DNA of 62,278 bases from Corallochytrium limacisporum Hawaii. Its lineage: Eukaryota; Protista; Pluriformea. Each line of letters starts with the position of its first letter. Within the stretch, counting starts at the first letter, position 1. Location: contig PDIP01000131.1 in the NCBI GenBank assembly GCA_002811645.1, positions 10,849-73,126 of the forward strand, written 5' to 3'. The translations under genes and the position numbers were made by a program. The notes under the pieces were generated by a model. The model was not told the origin of the DNA. It was given only the letters and a program-made list of their open reading frames with translations, and did not search any database. Of the stretch, positions 43,348 through 55,500 are shown piece by piece.

Positions 43348-46197
43348 CTACCGTCGCGGCCTCGCTACGCCACCAATCCCTGTACCGGACGAGGGGTCAG
43401 GACCTGAAGGTATCCCTGTCGCTGCCGGTGCTCGTTTGGTGAGGTCGCTGCGGTTGTCCCCTGCACCACTGTTTGCAAAGTACCCAATGGCTACACAGGA
43501 CTCGTGAATCGCCTGTTCGTAATTGAAATCCGGTAGAGTGGACGCCACTGATTTCAGACGGGTGGCCGTGCTGCATTGCAGAAATTTGGTCCGCATCGCA
43601 CGCAGTGTCGTGTAGCAGAGACGGTACAAGAACTCAAAGACCCGGTCCGGTTTACGTGCCATGACGACTACACTGTTCCACACCAGCTCGGTCATGGTTG
43701 TCGGACAGGAATTTGCGAAGCAGCTGCTCATCCACGAGAACACAAGGTGCTCTAAGGGCCAGCCAAGTTTGAAGAAATGGTCGGGCAAGGTCCCCAGGCG
43801 ACTGTCCGAACGCACCTCGGCCATGAAGCGACGTACGGAGGGCCCGAGGACGCGACGCATGCCGCTGACAGGCATGAGCAAGTTCAACTTCCGGCTCAAA
43901 AGCCACAACAGCCAATACGCATCTACGGGCTCGTCACAGAGATGGAGTAGAAACTCGGCCATGGCCCTCAGATGAAGGAGTTTGCTCATAGCACACTGTA
44001 GGAGGAATTGGTTCTGCGATGTCAGAGCGACCAGACGTACCAATGTTTCAGGGCGTAGATCGTCACTCTCTTCGTCCCAGGATTCGGGATTGAAGCTCTC
44101 GGAGCGAAGCATGAGGGTCTGCACGCGGTCGACTGACGGAGATGGCGTTTTCTGCGGCGGTGTCATCGCTCCCACAGCGCTTCCGGGAGTTGTAGGCGGC
44201 GCTGTGATCCCTGTTGAGTGCTGCCGTGAAACACTCCGCGATGAGGATGTCGATGTGGGTTTCTGTGACGGCTGTGATAGTGGCACAGTGGCGGTCGCGT
44301 GTGGTGACGATAACGGACGGTATGTACCCGAAGGAGTCACGAGGTTCGATTTCGGCGTCGCGGAACCCCCCGAGGGTGCTGTAGGAGACGGTTGTGGTAC
44401 AGGAAGGCTGGGTGATGGAAGTAGGCCGGTTGTCGGCTGCATGGGCTGCGCTTCGGGTGTGGTTACTGAAGGTGGTCCCTGCTGGGAAGCGTTCCGCAAC
44501 ACTGCATCGGCGCCCGTCGATGCGCTGCGGACATGGGATCTACCGTCACCTAGAGGCATCTTTGCTTGCGACGATGACTTCGGATGACGGTGTGCAGTAC
44601 CTCGCGCCGTAGTCTGGGGCGTTGCAAGTGACAGCTGTGATAGTGACGCCGTACTGGCATCGTTGATGGCAGTGCTGCTACCCGCGGTTGCTCTCAAATT
44701 GGCGGCGTACTCCGCCGGGGGCCGGTCCGGAGGGAAAAAGCTGTTCCAGAACAATACACCACCTCCACCAATGCCATCTAACCGCTGTGCCTGGGATGAT
44801 GATGGCGTCTGCAACGATGACTGTTGTTGTAACAGTGATTGTTGGGACGATTGCTGCTGGTGCTGAAGAACACTGTTGCTCAGAGGTCCGGCTGCACCTT
44901 GAGATCCCGGAGTCATACTACCGCCCCCACTGCCCCTTCGGGCTTCTGCTTCCAACGCAACATGAAGCATGAGGTCCTGCCGCCGCAGATTCTGACGCAG
45001 GACAAAGTCAAGAGTGCCGAGCACGTCTTTAAATTGCAGCAGGCGATTCTTGATAACCGCAGGCCAGGCGTCTGGATGGGTAGGCAAGAAGCCTAGCACA
45101 AGCTTCCAGCACAAGACTTGCAGTCCGGGCGGAGGCGGGCCCATGTCACGGTGGAGATTCACCAGGGCAGGCAAGGAGATGGAACCGCTGCTGCTGCCTC
45201 CGCCATCACCACTGCGTGCGGCAGTGGCACCGTTCGGATTGTTCGCACTGAGCACCTGCTCGTAGGCATGCCGCACCGCGGGATCACCGTGACGACCCAA
45301 ATGGCCATAGTACACGGCCCGAAAGTTCCTCCCCGATGGCTCTCGTTGCGGTACGGAACTCAGAAACTGCTTTGAGGAACGCTTTGCACGATCCGCCTGG
45401 GTCGGATATGTTTGGTGCTGTTGCTGAGGCACGTTAGGGACTCTGCGATCTCTAGAAGTGCTACTGTTCGTTGTGGCGTTCACCGCAGATGACGGTGGTG
45501 CTTTAGACAGCATAGACACGCCTTTGACAAACACGCCGGAACCTCTGCGGCTACTGTTATTCATTTCTGGGCCACTGCCGCTGCTCCGACCTGTCCGAGA
45601 CTCCGAGTGACCGCTGCCGACACTCGCACTGCTGTCCTCGTGCAAAACGTCCCCAGCTAAAGTACCAACGGTCCGTGGCTGTATCATTGACACCTCCCGA
45701 GAAGGGGGTAACGACAGATCTGCGGGGGTCATGGGATAGTGATAGCCGCGGGTGGGTGTGCGATTCGGAGTGGTATTCGTCGGTCGGATCGTGCCAGAGG
45801 CAGGCCCTGATGGTGAGTTTGTTTCCGAGCCACCGCCGGAGCTTCCTCTGACCTCGAGCGGCGTGAACGGAGGGCCTGTGGCCACATCATCACTTGCTCC
45901 TGCTAATGGCGCTATTGCCCCTGTGCTGCTTCCACTCCCTTCCCGGGATGGTGTCAGAGCCCCGTTATCGCCTCCAATGCTCTTCAGATTCAGTGTCGGC
46001 ACCCTCTGCACGCTTTGGGCCATTGCCCGAAGACCCGGACTGAGGGCGCGTCCACCAGGTCCCAAATCCGATGATTTTGACGACTTCCTTGCTGCCCCAC
46101 CTCTGCGACCACTCAGTCTCCGAGGCAGGGACGGCGGAGATTCACCGTCTTTTCCAGAGCTCCAGGGGTCCTTGGGTTTGTTCCGACTCGCTGACAT
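43348..46197 (-). CDS. TBC1D7: TBC1 domain family member 7-like protein with long low-complexity extensions
   Basis: RNFRAVYYGHLG resembles the TBC1D7 N-terminal RNFRSVYYEKVG; also CWKLVLGFLP...QFKDV, DAYWL and WMSSCFA...LVW. Confidence 0.78.
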   Translation of the reverse strand: MSASRNKPKDPWSSGKDGESPPSLPRRLSGRRGGAARKSSKSSDLGPGGRALSPGLRAMAQSVQRVPTLNLKSIGGDNGALTPSREGSGSSTGAIAPLAGASDDVATGPPFTPLEVRGSSGGGSETNSPSGPASGTIRPTNTTPNRTPTRGYHYPMTPADLSLPPSREVSMIQPRTVGTLAGDVLHEDSSASVGSGHSESRTGRSSGSGPEMNNSSRRGSGVFVKGVSMLSKAPPSSAVNATTNSSTSRDRRVPNVPQQQHQTYPTQADRAKRSSKQFLSSVPQREPSGRNFRAVYYGHLGRHGDPAVRHAYEQVLSANNPNGATAARSGDGGGSSSGSISLPALVNLHRDMGPPPPGLQVLCWKLVLGFLPTHPDAWPAVIKNRLLQFKDVLGTLDFVLRQNLRRQDLMLHVALEAEARRGSGGGSMTPGSQGAAGPLSNSVLQHQQQSSQQSLLQQQSSLQTPSSSQAQRLDGIGGGGVLFWNSFFPPDRPPAEYAANLRATAGSSTAINDASTASLSQLSLATPQTTARGTAHRHPKSSSQAKMPLGDGRSHVRSASTGADAVLRNASQQGPPSVTTPEAQPMQPTTGLLPSPSLPVPQPSPTAPSGGSATPKSNLVTPSGTYRPLSSPHATATVPLSQPSQKPTSTSSSRSVSRQHSTGITAPPTTPGSAVGAMTPPQKTPSPSVDRVQTLMLRSESFNPESWDEESDDLRPETLVRLVALTSQNQFLLQCAMSKLLHLRAMAEFLLHLCDEPVDAYWLLWLLSRKLNLLMPVSGMRRVLGPSVRRFMAEVRSDSRLGTLPDHFFKLGWPLEHLVFSWMSSCFANSCPTTMTELVWNSVVVMARKPDRVFEFLYRLCYTTLRAMRTKFLQCSTATRLKSVASTLPDFNYEQAIHESCVAIGYFANSGAGDNRSDLTKRAPAATGIPSGPDPSSGTGIGGVARPRR

Positions 46198-46742
46198 GAC
46201 TTGGTTTGCAAATCTTCAATGTACTACCACAACAACAAAATTGGACTCATTTTGGCCGATTCAAACGTCTGCATTTGACAGAATATTCTATGTCACATGT
46301 TTGTGCGAATAAACACAGAGCCTGACTAACGATTTGATTATTCTCGCAATGAATCATCAATACGTCTTCTCGTACGAACCCTGAACTGTTGGATTCATTC
46401 AGTTGCAAACCAAAAACTTCTCATTCCGCCGAGCTTATCATCTACCTTAAATTCTATTTTGCAGTTTTCATTCACGACAACACATATCCTAAGACCACTG
46501 ATACGTCGTGACCGTTTACATACCACGACCACATCAACCCACAGCTCCCTAGTGTGGTTTGTGTGTGCGTGCAGGTGCGGGTCTCACACCGCAAGAAAAA
46601 GCCAACACGAGCCGGGGACACCCTTCCCCGCCCCTACACTTCTATCCCGTAGAATAAACACAGACCAACAGGACCACTGTGGTTGCGACCAAGTTTATTT
46701 GAAAATTTTATTCAATTTTGGTTGAGAGCGTGAATGCGATCC

Positions 46743-47135
46743 CTAGATCATCATGTAAATGATAAAGAACACAAAGAGTACAAAGAGCACAAGTACACAC
46801 ATGTGGGATCCACCCTGGCTGCCAATTAGGCGGTCAAGGCGTCCCATTGTCGACTTGAGCAGGGCTCCGGCGCCAAAGAAATCGTCACCCATGCCGTCGA
46901 GCATACGATTCTGACTCCGCACCTCATCTCCAATATTGATAGTCAGCGATTTGAGGGCTGTAAGCTTCCCTGTTAACTGATTGACCATATTGTCATTCTC
47001 AGACTCCATTTGATCCTCCATATTCTGGCCCAACATTCGCTCCCGGGCAGGGTCGGACGCCGAAGGCATGCCTGGGTACGCCTGGTTTGGATACCGATTC
47101 TGTCTATAGCTCATGTTTCGCCCATTTGCGGCCAT
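46743..47135 (-). CDS. BET1: BET1-like Qc-SNARE (ER-Golgi)
   Basis: MESENDNMVNQLTGKLTALKSLTINIGDEVRSQNRMLDGM SNARE motif and a C-terminal TM anchor. Confidence 0.93.
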   Translation of the reverse strand: MAANGRNMSYRQNRYPNQAYPGMPSASDPARERMLGQNMEDQMESENDNMVNQLTGKLTALKSLTINIGDEVRSQNRMLDGMGDDFFGAGALLKSTMGRLDRLIGSQGGSHMCVLVLFVLFVFFIIYMMI

Positions 47136-50100
47136 TCTTTCTATTAAGTTTTGCCTATGCCAATGAAGTTAGCTACGCACGCTGATCTTTTTCACGGCTG
47201 CGTTGCTGTCTTTCCACACGTCCGAGTGGACTTTTGAGCTCTTACGGTCGTTATTTCTTTCGATCGCGTTCAAAAATTCTTTAAAGTATCGCACGAGTTC
47301 ACTGCTGGCTGCATATGGTTGACGAGAGACAATTTAACCAAATACCCGGCTATTCTGTTAAGTACAATCCGAGTGAATACAATAACAAACACTGCCCCCT
47401 TTCTTTCCAAAGCCTCGAACGACTGCCACAGTTCCCTTTTTTCCTTCAGTCCTTGTGCCCCCTGCCTGACGTGGACCGAAAGAGGGACTGTTGGAGGGTC
47501 AAGAGGGCGGCAGATTGGGCTCAGCTATCAAAAACCATGACCCTAACTATAGTCATTAGCTGATTTTAATCGTCCGCCGTTTCAAGCGGGATATTTAAGA
47601 GACTACCAGGTGTTAGGTCTTTCAGTTTTTTCATGATGACGGCGATTAACTGGCTTGCCATCGTGCATGTTCTGGTTTCCACCGCAATTCGTGTTCACCC
47701 GCTTAGACACCCTGCTGCCATCTGTCACCCCACAGGCAAAGCTGATCGTTTGCATCTCGCACAGCACGGCCTACAAACAAGGTCAAACTCTGACGGCACA
47801 GCGCACTAATCATCGGGACCAAAGACGCGGTCGTCATGGTTTAGCTGGAAAACAAACCAATGGGCTTGGAAGGTAAGTATGATGTGGATCCTGTTTTTGT
47901 TGTCCGAAGGCCCTGCGTCTCTATCATTCCTAATGGACCGGCGACATCTCCAACCCCCCGGGGGTGGGGGGCCTATCCACAGCTACAGATGTTTGACGTC
48001 ACTGCATATCCACACAGTGGCCGACGGCCGAGGTGTGTAAGTATCACCCGGACAGTTTCCATTTGTGCAAGGGAATGGGAAGGGGGGGGGGACCAGGGGG
48101 GGGCATCGGGTAGCAAAGGGGGTCTTTTTGTTCCTGCTCCATTCCCAAGAATGAAGCACGCAGGCAATGGTGCCAACACAGCAAACTGACAAAGGTCAGG
48201 CAAGCCTTTTTTCACAAATTTTTCCGCTTTGACAGCCACTATTATCGAACACTTGCAAGGACCCACAGCCTTGGACCCACAGCCTTGGCGGACACCACCT
48301 CGAACCGCACCGACCAATTAAAGAGCGAGCTGATGGTGTGGGTATCCAGCTCGTTAAGTGTCCGTCTTTCCATAGGGTATGTAGATACGGGTTGACCACT
48401 GTGTCCAGATTCTTGGTAGCTCTCTTGTGATATTGTCCGCGACAATTGTAACAGATAAAACACCTATGGACACTTTCTTCAGAGTGCCCAAAGAAGGTGC
48501 GGTCCCTCGCTGTGTCCCAGCCTTTCACTCCTCACGGGCGTACACGTCCCAACCAATATTCCTATCCCAATAGATTAGGCCCCTCTAAGATTCCATTCCT
48601 GTTCGATATATGCTTCATGAGGTTTGGCAAAGGCCCTGCAGGCATGATTTTGGATTTGGTGAAAGGTGTGTGCGATCACCAAGAATGAAGCGCTTTGCAA
48701 CAAAACATCAGAAGTTTGTACGCATCCCTTGCCCATCCGCAGAGACCATCGCAAGAGCTGCCCTATTGGCTTTGAGGTTTCATTTTGGGTCACATCCGGC
48801 TTCTCCTTGTCTTTTTGCGCGCACACGTCGCTTATTCTTCATGTCGTGAAGGGTGTCTTACACACCCTCGGTCCGGTCTCTCGGCCACCCGCAGAAACTT
48901 TCTTTGTGTGGCTACCATGAAGGCGGTGCTGGCATTGTGTGGGCTGGGAAAATTCAAGGGTCGAAACGCACCTTCATTCGCCGATGCCAGGTCTCTATTG
49001 GCATCCCGCACTGAAAACTTTCCTTTTGGGTTTTAAAATAAAAAAGTATATGATAAAATATGCCTAAATACTTACATAGTCCCCATATCGAAAACATTTC
49101 CGGACAAGTATATTCAGCTGCAAATATCTGAATGCAACCTTCGGGGAACCTCATCGCAACAGAACCCAAACAGAATTCTTCTGGTCGCAATCATATGAAA
49201 GTTTGAAACCCACCGCACGTACCTTCATAATTGAAACGGGTGGCGAAGATCGAGAACTGTCCGTGAACTTCGCTTGAAATTCGCCGTCATCGCCAACGCT
49301 CACATTCATCAGTGTACGAACCCTACTAAACAGGTTCGATTGTTTCTAGAGATTTGGAACCGGCGCGATGATGTTGTTGTACGACTCTAAAAGGAGAAAC
49401 CCGGCGGGCCCTGCATCGTAACATCTTGGTCTGATGATGATGGTTGCGTTGGACAAACTGGTGCGCGCGCTGCGTAATGGTAGTGGCAGCTGGGGACTTT
49501 TGTCTCGCTTGCGTCGGTTTCTTACGCCGCCTTGGTGTTTTGGGCTGAAGGTGTGTGGGTCCCGTCTTGGGGGCGAATCCCGTGACCTCAAGACATGTGC
49601 GCCCAAGTATTCTTTACAGTTGCTCCCTTATTTGATTAAACAAACAAGGATTACGTCTGTGTCACAGCCGATACTGACGGCAACGCCCGTTTCATCCCCG
49701 TCTGCAAAGGGTCTGGCTGGACGGATGCCGGTCCTTGTTCTGTTCCTTTACATACGTTGGATTAGGCTGTCGAAACCGAGCGTCATGCGATACACATTAC
49801 ATGTGCATCGAAAAAATGTTGATACATGGAAAAGATAATCGAGACATTTCTAGCCAACATCTAGACCCTGGATAACAAGTTCCACAGACCTATGCTCCTG
49901 TGGATTTGTACAACATTTCTAGAGCCCTCAAAATGGGCAAAACACACACAAGGAAGGCTGAAGTAAGGATAAACGAGCCCTTTCTCCTACCACATCCCCC
50001 AGGCGCACCTGGAGAATGCAGCAGGGTTTGGCGTCTGAAATCTGGTATTTCATTTAATTCGGGCTGCCACATCGAACGGATTAAGGTGCGTAGGCAACTA

Positions 50101-53100
50101 AAGACTATGAAGGTATGTGCACTGAGCATGGGCAACAAACGAAGAAAATCTCAGTTGACCACAGACTGCGAGACAAAGAGCGGGTGTGTTGGCGAGGATT
50201 GGCAGTGCTTTGTGATGGTAAGCAGCCGCAATGATCCTTATGCTGTTGTTAGCGCGAACCTCGGAGTCATGCTGATGGGCACAGAAGCAGCCCCGCTTTG
50301 CAGAGTCTTCGGCCGGGTGTGTTTGGGGGAAGCAATGTTTGCCATAGACTGTGATTTGTCTTGGCCCATGGGATGGGCAACTGCCGCGCCCTTACAAGGA
50401 CCTCAGAAAGAAACAAGATCGTAACTTTGCGCTTGCCATCGAAGAAGTTTCTAATGTATTGGACTAGTTTCGCGGGTAACCGGAGCGTCGAACGCCCGAT
50501 GGATCATGCGAGCTCCGAATCTCTCCAAAACCTCCCTCCGTGTCTCAGTGTGCCGCCGCGTCGTCTTGCCCATTGCATGAGTAACAAATACAGTCAACAC
50601 TGGGAAAGTTTGTTTATACGACCGCCGTTCTATCCTGGGCACCATTCAACACGTTCTTCCGACCCAAACGCAGCGGCTGCCGTATTCGCTGGGCGGAACG
50701 AGTGTGCTCGTGTGTGTTACTCAGCTGACCAGCCACAGACTTGAAGACTGCATGTGGGCTTAATTGATACAACAACACCTATCCGCCCCCGCGGTAAGAC
50801 CGAAGTTCGCCTTTACTATTCGTCTCTTGCCCGCAGTGTTTGGCCAATGTGAAATCTCTCTTCGTTCTTTCTGAGCATCTACGTTTTGGCACAATACGGA
50901 ACAGGGTGATCCGAGGGCACACAGCTGTGGTGCGTCTCGAAAACGAGCAGAATGAAACTGAGAAACCAGGAAGATTCTGGGGATTGCTCTTTGGCTATGC
51001 TTCCATTCCCAACCCACAAGAACTCTGCCGAACTTCTCCCCCTTTCTCGAAGACTCTGAGGGTTCCTTCCTACTACCTTCCTTTAAAGGAAGGAAATTGA
51101 AACAGTAACCAAAATTCTGCCTTACACAGGCAGTTTTCTTTCCCGAAAGGGAGAGAGAGAAATGGCACCACAGTTTTCGGCAAAACTAGGGGCCAGGCAA
51201 AAAAATTCCTTTTGCCGGTGAAGGTGCCAGGACCCCGTACACTTGTCATTGTCAAGTACGTTATCCATACTGAAAGTATGGGCTTCGCGACCAACGTTGA
51301 ACGCACCACCACAAATCAGAGGGATGCTCCAAAATTACACGTACACTGCAGCATCGGCATTGGGTTTGATTTTGCACCCCGGTTTGTGCAATATTTTACT
51401 ACGGAAACGTGCAGTGTGAGTAAACCCCCGTTTTCTTAAATTATCAACAAACAGACACACTTCAGTAGTAATCGTCGAAGGGAACTGATGGGTTCTTTTG
51501 TTTGCGTAGTAGTACGTTACATACTACTGCTTCATTCGTTGGAATGCGCGGCAGTCGTACCGGACGAAAGCCGAGACGCGATCCCAGCTCTTGGTTTTCC
51601 ATTGCATAACATGGACAAAACGGCGCAATAACCGCTGAATTTTGGTCTGCTCTTTCCCTGTGAATTTTTGTCCTTTGGTGCACTCTGACCATTGTCCATG
51701 TTTTCCGGCATCTTTGTGTCCTAGCTCTTCCCACTCACCAACGGCTCGTCCTGGAAGTGGTTTCCCAGCCTCCCGTACCCTACAGACTTCTCAACAAAGA
51801 AAAGAAAGACGAGGAATAAGTTTTCAAGGTGGAGACGTCGCTGCGAGCAGGAAGGACCATGCCACCCTGTGAGAGCAAAAGTTTTAGTTGGCCCCCATGA
51901 GATCATTAACTTTCCTTTGAACCTGGAAAAGAAAACGTATGGGCAAAGAAATCTTTTGACTTGCGACCGCATCCTTAATACGCCCCCCTCCCCCTCGAAG
52001 ACTTTTGATTAGCCGACGTTGTGCATTGATCGCAAACTACGGGGAGCCAGTTGAATCTTGCTATTTCCGTGAGGGCAGGAAAGGAAAGGAGTCTTCTGAG
52101 CACCATCATGAAGCGCCCTCGGCAGCGCGGTGATACACCCCCGCCTTGTGAGCAACGATATAACCTTAATTGAATTGACAAAACATACAGCAAATGAAGC
52201 CGAAGGCGGGGGCAATTTCAATTTCCATTTCTTGTGTCACTTACAAAAGCATCCTCTGGCGGCGGGCACGAAGCACGGGGTCAGGTTTCCTAATTCAGAA
52301 GACCCGTTGGCCGAAATGGAAATTGGTGGGCTTAGGAGCCCGAGGCAAACCAAAAAGCCACAACCGTGCTGAACCCAAGTCGGCAGCCTGAAGGTAAGGC
52401 CGCTTGCTCGCGGCCCCAAATCTGTAATCAGAGGCCATCATCTATCATCATCCTCTTTCATCCATGTGGACGACTTCTTTGCCATGTCCCTTCACTGGGA
52501 ATCATGTCTCGTTGTTCTTATGTATTCTTCGCCGCAGATGCTCTTCCGTCGTACTCTTGGTTTCTTGCTCATGAAGCCCTGTATTGCTGTCTTGGATTCC
52601 CAGGTGCCCCGTGCAAGATCTAGGGACAACCACACTGTGATGCCCCGAATAAGTAAGTTTTTTTTCTAAATTTTAGCGTTCGAATACATTTTCCACAACG
52701 AAATCAGAAGCCTTTCGTGCTGTCTGGGCGTTATCAGATATAATCCTTCTGCACGAGGGTTTAGAGATCACCTGTCGCTGGTCCGTTCAGGGTTTCGGGC
52801 CCATCCCGTCGGAAAAGGGAAACATAAGGAACGGCCACGCGAGCGTGCGGCGCAGGTCCGGTCGGTAGATGGAGCCCACGCACGGACCGATACCCGACAG
52901 AGGCAGGAGTCACAGAGACTCTAAACCAGTCGCATTCACGGGGGTGTAAACACTGACCTGCAGCATTGAAAGTGGGTTCCCCGGCAAGAGCGATCGCATC
53001 GTACTTCACAATTGCAACTGTTGCTAACAAAGGCACAGGGGCCCGACCCAAAGTCTTCGTTTTCTACTCCCCGCAGCCAGCAAAAGGGACAGCCAAATTC

Positions 53101-54239
53101 CAGAGCATCACTTTCCGTGGCCACCACCACCATGTATTCTTTCGATTCTATTCCACCGCTCGGGGTACCCGCTCAGTCCGCGTTAGTCTTCCCCTCAAGG
53201 CGAAGTGCACGTAGAATACGAGCTGTTGAGTGGCCCGTGCGGTGTTTGTGCATGTGCTAGTCTCGAGACGCCTACTGATAAATGTGTTTTAGAGCGCAGC
53301 TATTTTCTGGGCTCGCTTATTGATGGAACTGATGAGACGTGAAAGCATTGTGGATTCTCGCCGTTCTCGCCGACAGCATTCTCAGCGGACGGCTGTCTCG
53401 CGTGGATCCCCTGATTCAAGTATGTTCCTTTCTGCATGAATTGAAGTTTAACGAGGAAATATGGTGGATCTGGGCCCAACATTTGTAAACAGCACTACTT
53501 CTTTTATCAACAAATCAACAGCATGGCCACAACATTACAACACCTCGATCCTGGTGAGCCATCAAACTTTCGAACACGAACGAGTACGCCTATACAATTG
53601 AACCCGATGGGTACAACTTAGACAGAAGCCAACACCTTTTCCTTTCCTTACTTGCTTATTTGCTATGTTCATGATGATGATGGTGATGAATGGAATGGGT
53701 GATGAATGATGACGACGGTGGGCGGGATATCGCACCGTAGGCGTAGCCTTGCTTGATAAATACGCGGAAAAGTGGGACATCAGCTTTGGTGTTTCAAGAA
53801 TTAGGAATTACCGATTGATGAAAGGGTCGTTGCCCATAGTAAATGGAAGATGGTTACATCTCCTCTCAATGAAGCTCGATTTCTTCGGACCTGTCAGCGT
53901 TTGTTCACGTAATTGTTCATTAGACATCACCGGTTGTTGTTTAAAGTCTCCCTGTTGCACGCTCACTCCATTCCGCCTGATTCTTCTGGATGACTGTGCT
54001 GCTGGATACCCAGGTGTTCAAGACCAAATCACTAAACCGTCACAACCTGCGGTCATGTCCACGCACACAACCGACCAAAGGATATGCTCCATCCGACGGT
54101 AACCGCTCGTTTGAAGACGTTGACACCCTTGGAGGACAAAAGCAAAATCATCCACTCACAGTGCAGCAAAATGGCGCTCTGGGCAGCCCCCCTTTGGTTT
54201 GTACCTAACACGGAAAACGAATAACTCACACACTTTTTC

Positions 54240-55500
54240 CCCGAAAGAGAAGGAAAAAAATAAAGGAGGAGAGAGCGAGAGAGAGAGAGAGAGAGACAAA
54301 GGGAGATGAAAATGAATATGAAAGCAAAAACAAACCAAAAAAATGACAAAGGCCTGCACAGCGAAGTGAAAACCAAAAGAGTGAGGAATTGTTTCCTTCT
54401 TGTACTTCACACAAGCACAGCTGACACTTGCCTACTGCGATGAATTCAGGGAGCAGGAAAACTCGGTCCGTATAGATCCATAGTCATCCTTCCTAGTACA
54501 GATCCCACTTCTACAGAAACCCAGGTGCCAGGGCCGGAGTGTATCTGATGGTTCTTAGGCATTCCAGCGGTGTACAATGGCACTTCTTCCTTCACCATTC
54601 GTCCTCAATGTTCCTTCGTTTTCATTCTATATACAATTTCTTGTTTATCCTATTACTAGTGTACTGATATCTTTTGTCCAATATGCGTCGCGTTCGGGTG
54701 CTGCTGCTGCTGCTGCTGCTGCTGAAATCTCCCTTTTTTTTTGTTTTCAAGATTTTCCTTCTTTTTTTTGTGTGTTGGGTTGTAAAGCGTGTGCGCTTGC
54801 TCCGGCCTTGCCATTCTTCTCTCTCCCTCTCCCTCTCTCTCTCTCCTCTGTGTGTAACGTCTTTGTCTAAATTCTCTGTATACGTGTGATTTCTGTGAGA
54901 CTGTAGGGAGGGTTAGGTGTCGACTTCCGGCACGCGCTCGCCCGCCAAGTGCAGATTTCTTCTGACAGCACCCAACTCCGAAGTGTAGAATGTCCTTTTT
55001 CTCTTTAACCGCCGGGAAGCCCATATGCAAAAAAAAGACAACCAAAAAAATATCGTCGGCCTGCCCTTGGTGTGTGTATGTGTGTACTATAGCCACACAA
55101 CCCACCTCCCTCTTCTTCTTCTTCTTCCTTTTTTTTTCTCTCTTTCTCTCCCACCTCCCTTCCAAAGGAAAGGGGAAGAAAACCCCCTTTTACCCCGCGG
55201 TCCGCGCCCTGGAGCCATCCTCCTTCCATTTTTTTTTCTTCCTCGAACTATTTCACTGGCTTGGCTGCCTGGTNNNNNNNNNNNNNNNNNNGGGGGGGGG
55301 GGGGGGGGGTTGGATCCAGAGCCCTGACAGAGCGAGACAAGAGAGAGAAGGTGGGGGTGGTTCTGTCCACGCACCCGCACCTTTGTCCTTCTCATTCCAG
55401 TAGTTAATGTACTCCACTGCGGATGCAATCTGTCCTGCGTTTTCTTCATCTGCTTGGTTTCCTGACCGTCCTTGCTCTCACTCTCTCTCTCGCTCGCGTC
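54240..55500. repeat. (GA)n, (CTG)n, (CT)n, poly-T/poly-G island
   Basis: Direct reading; small gap at 55274-55291. Confidence 0.8.
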
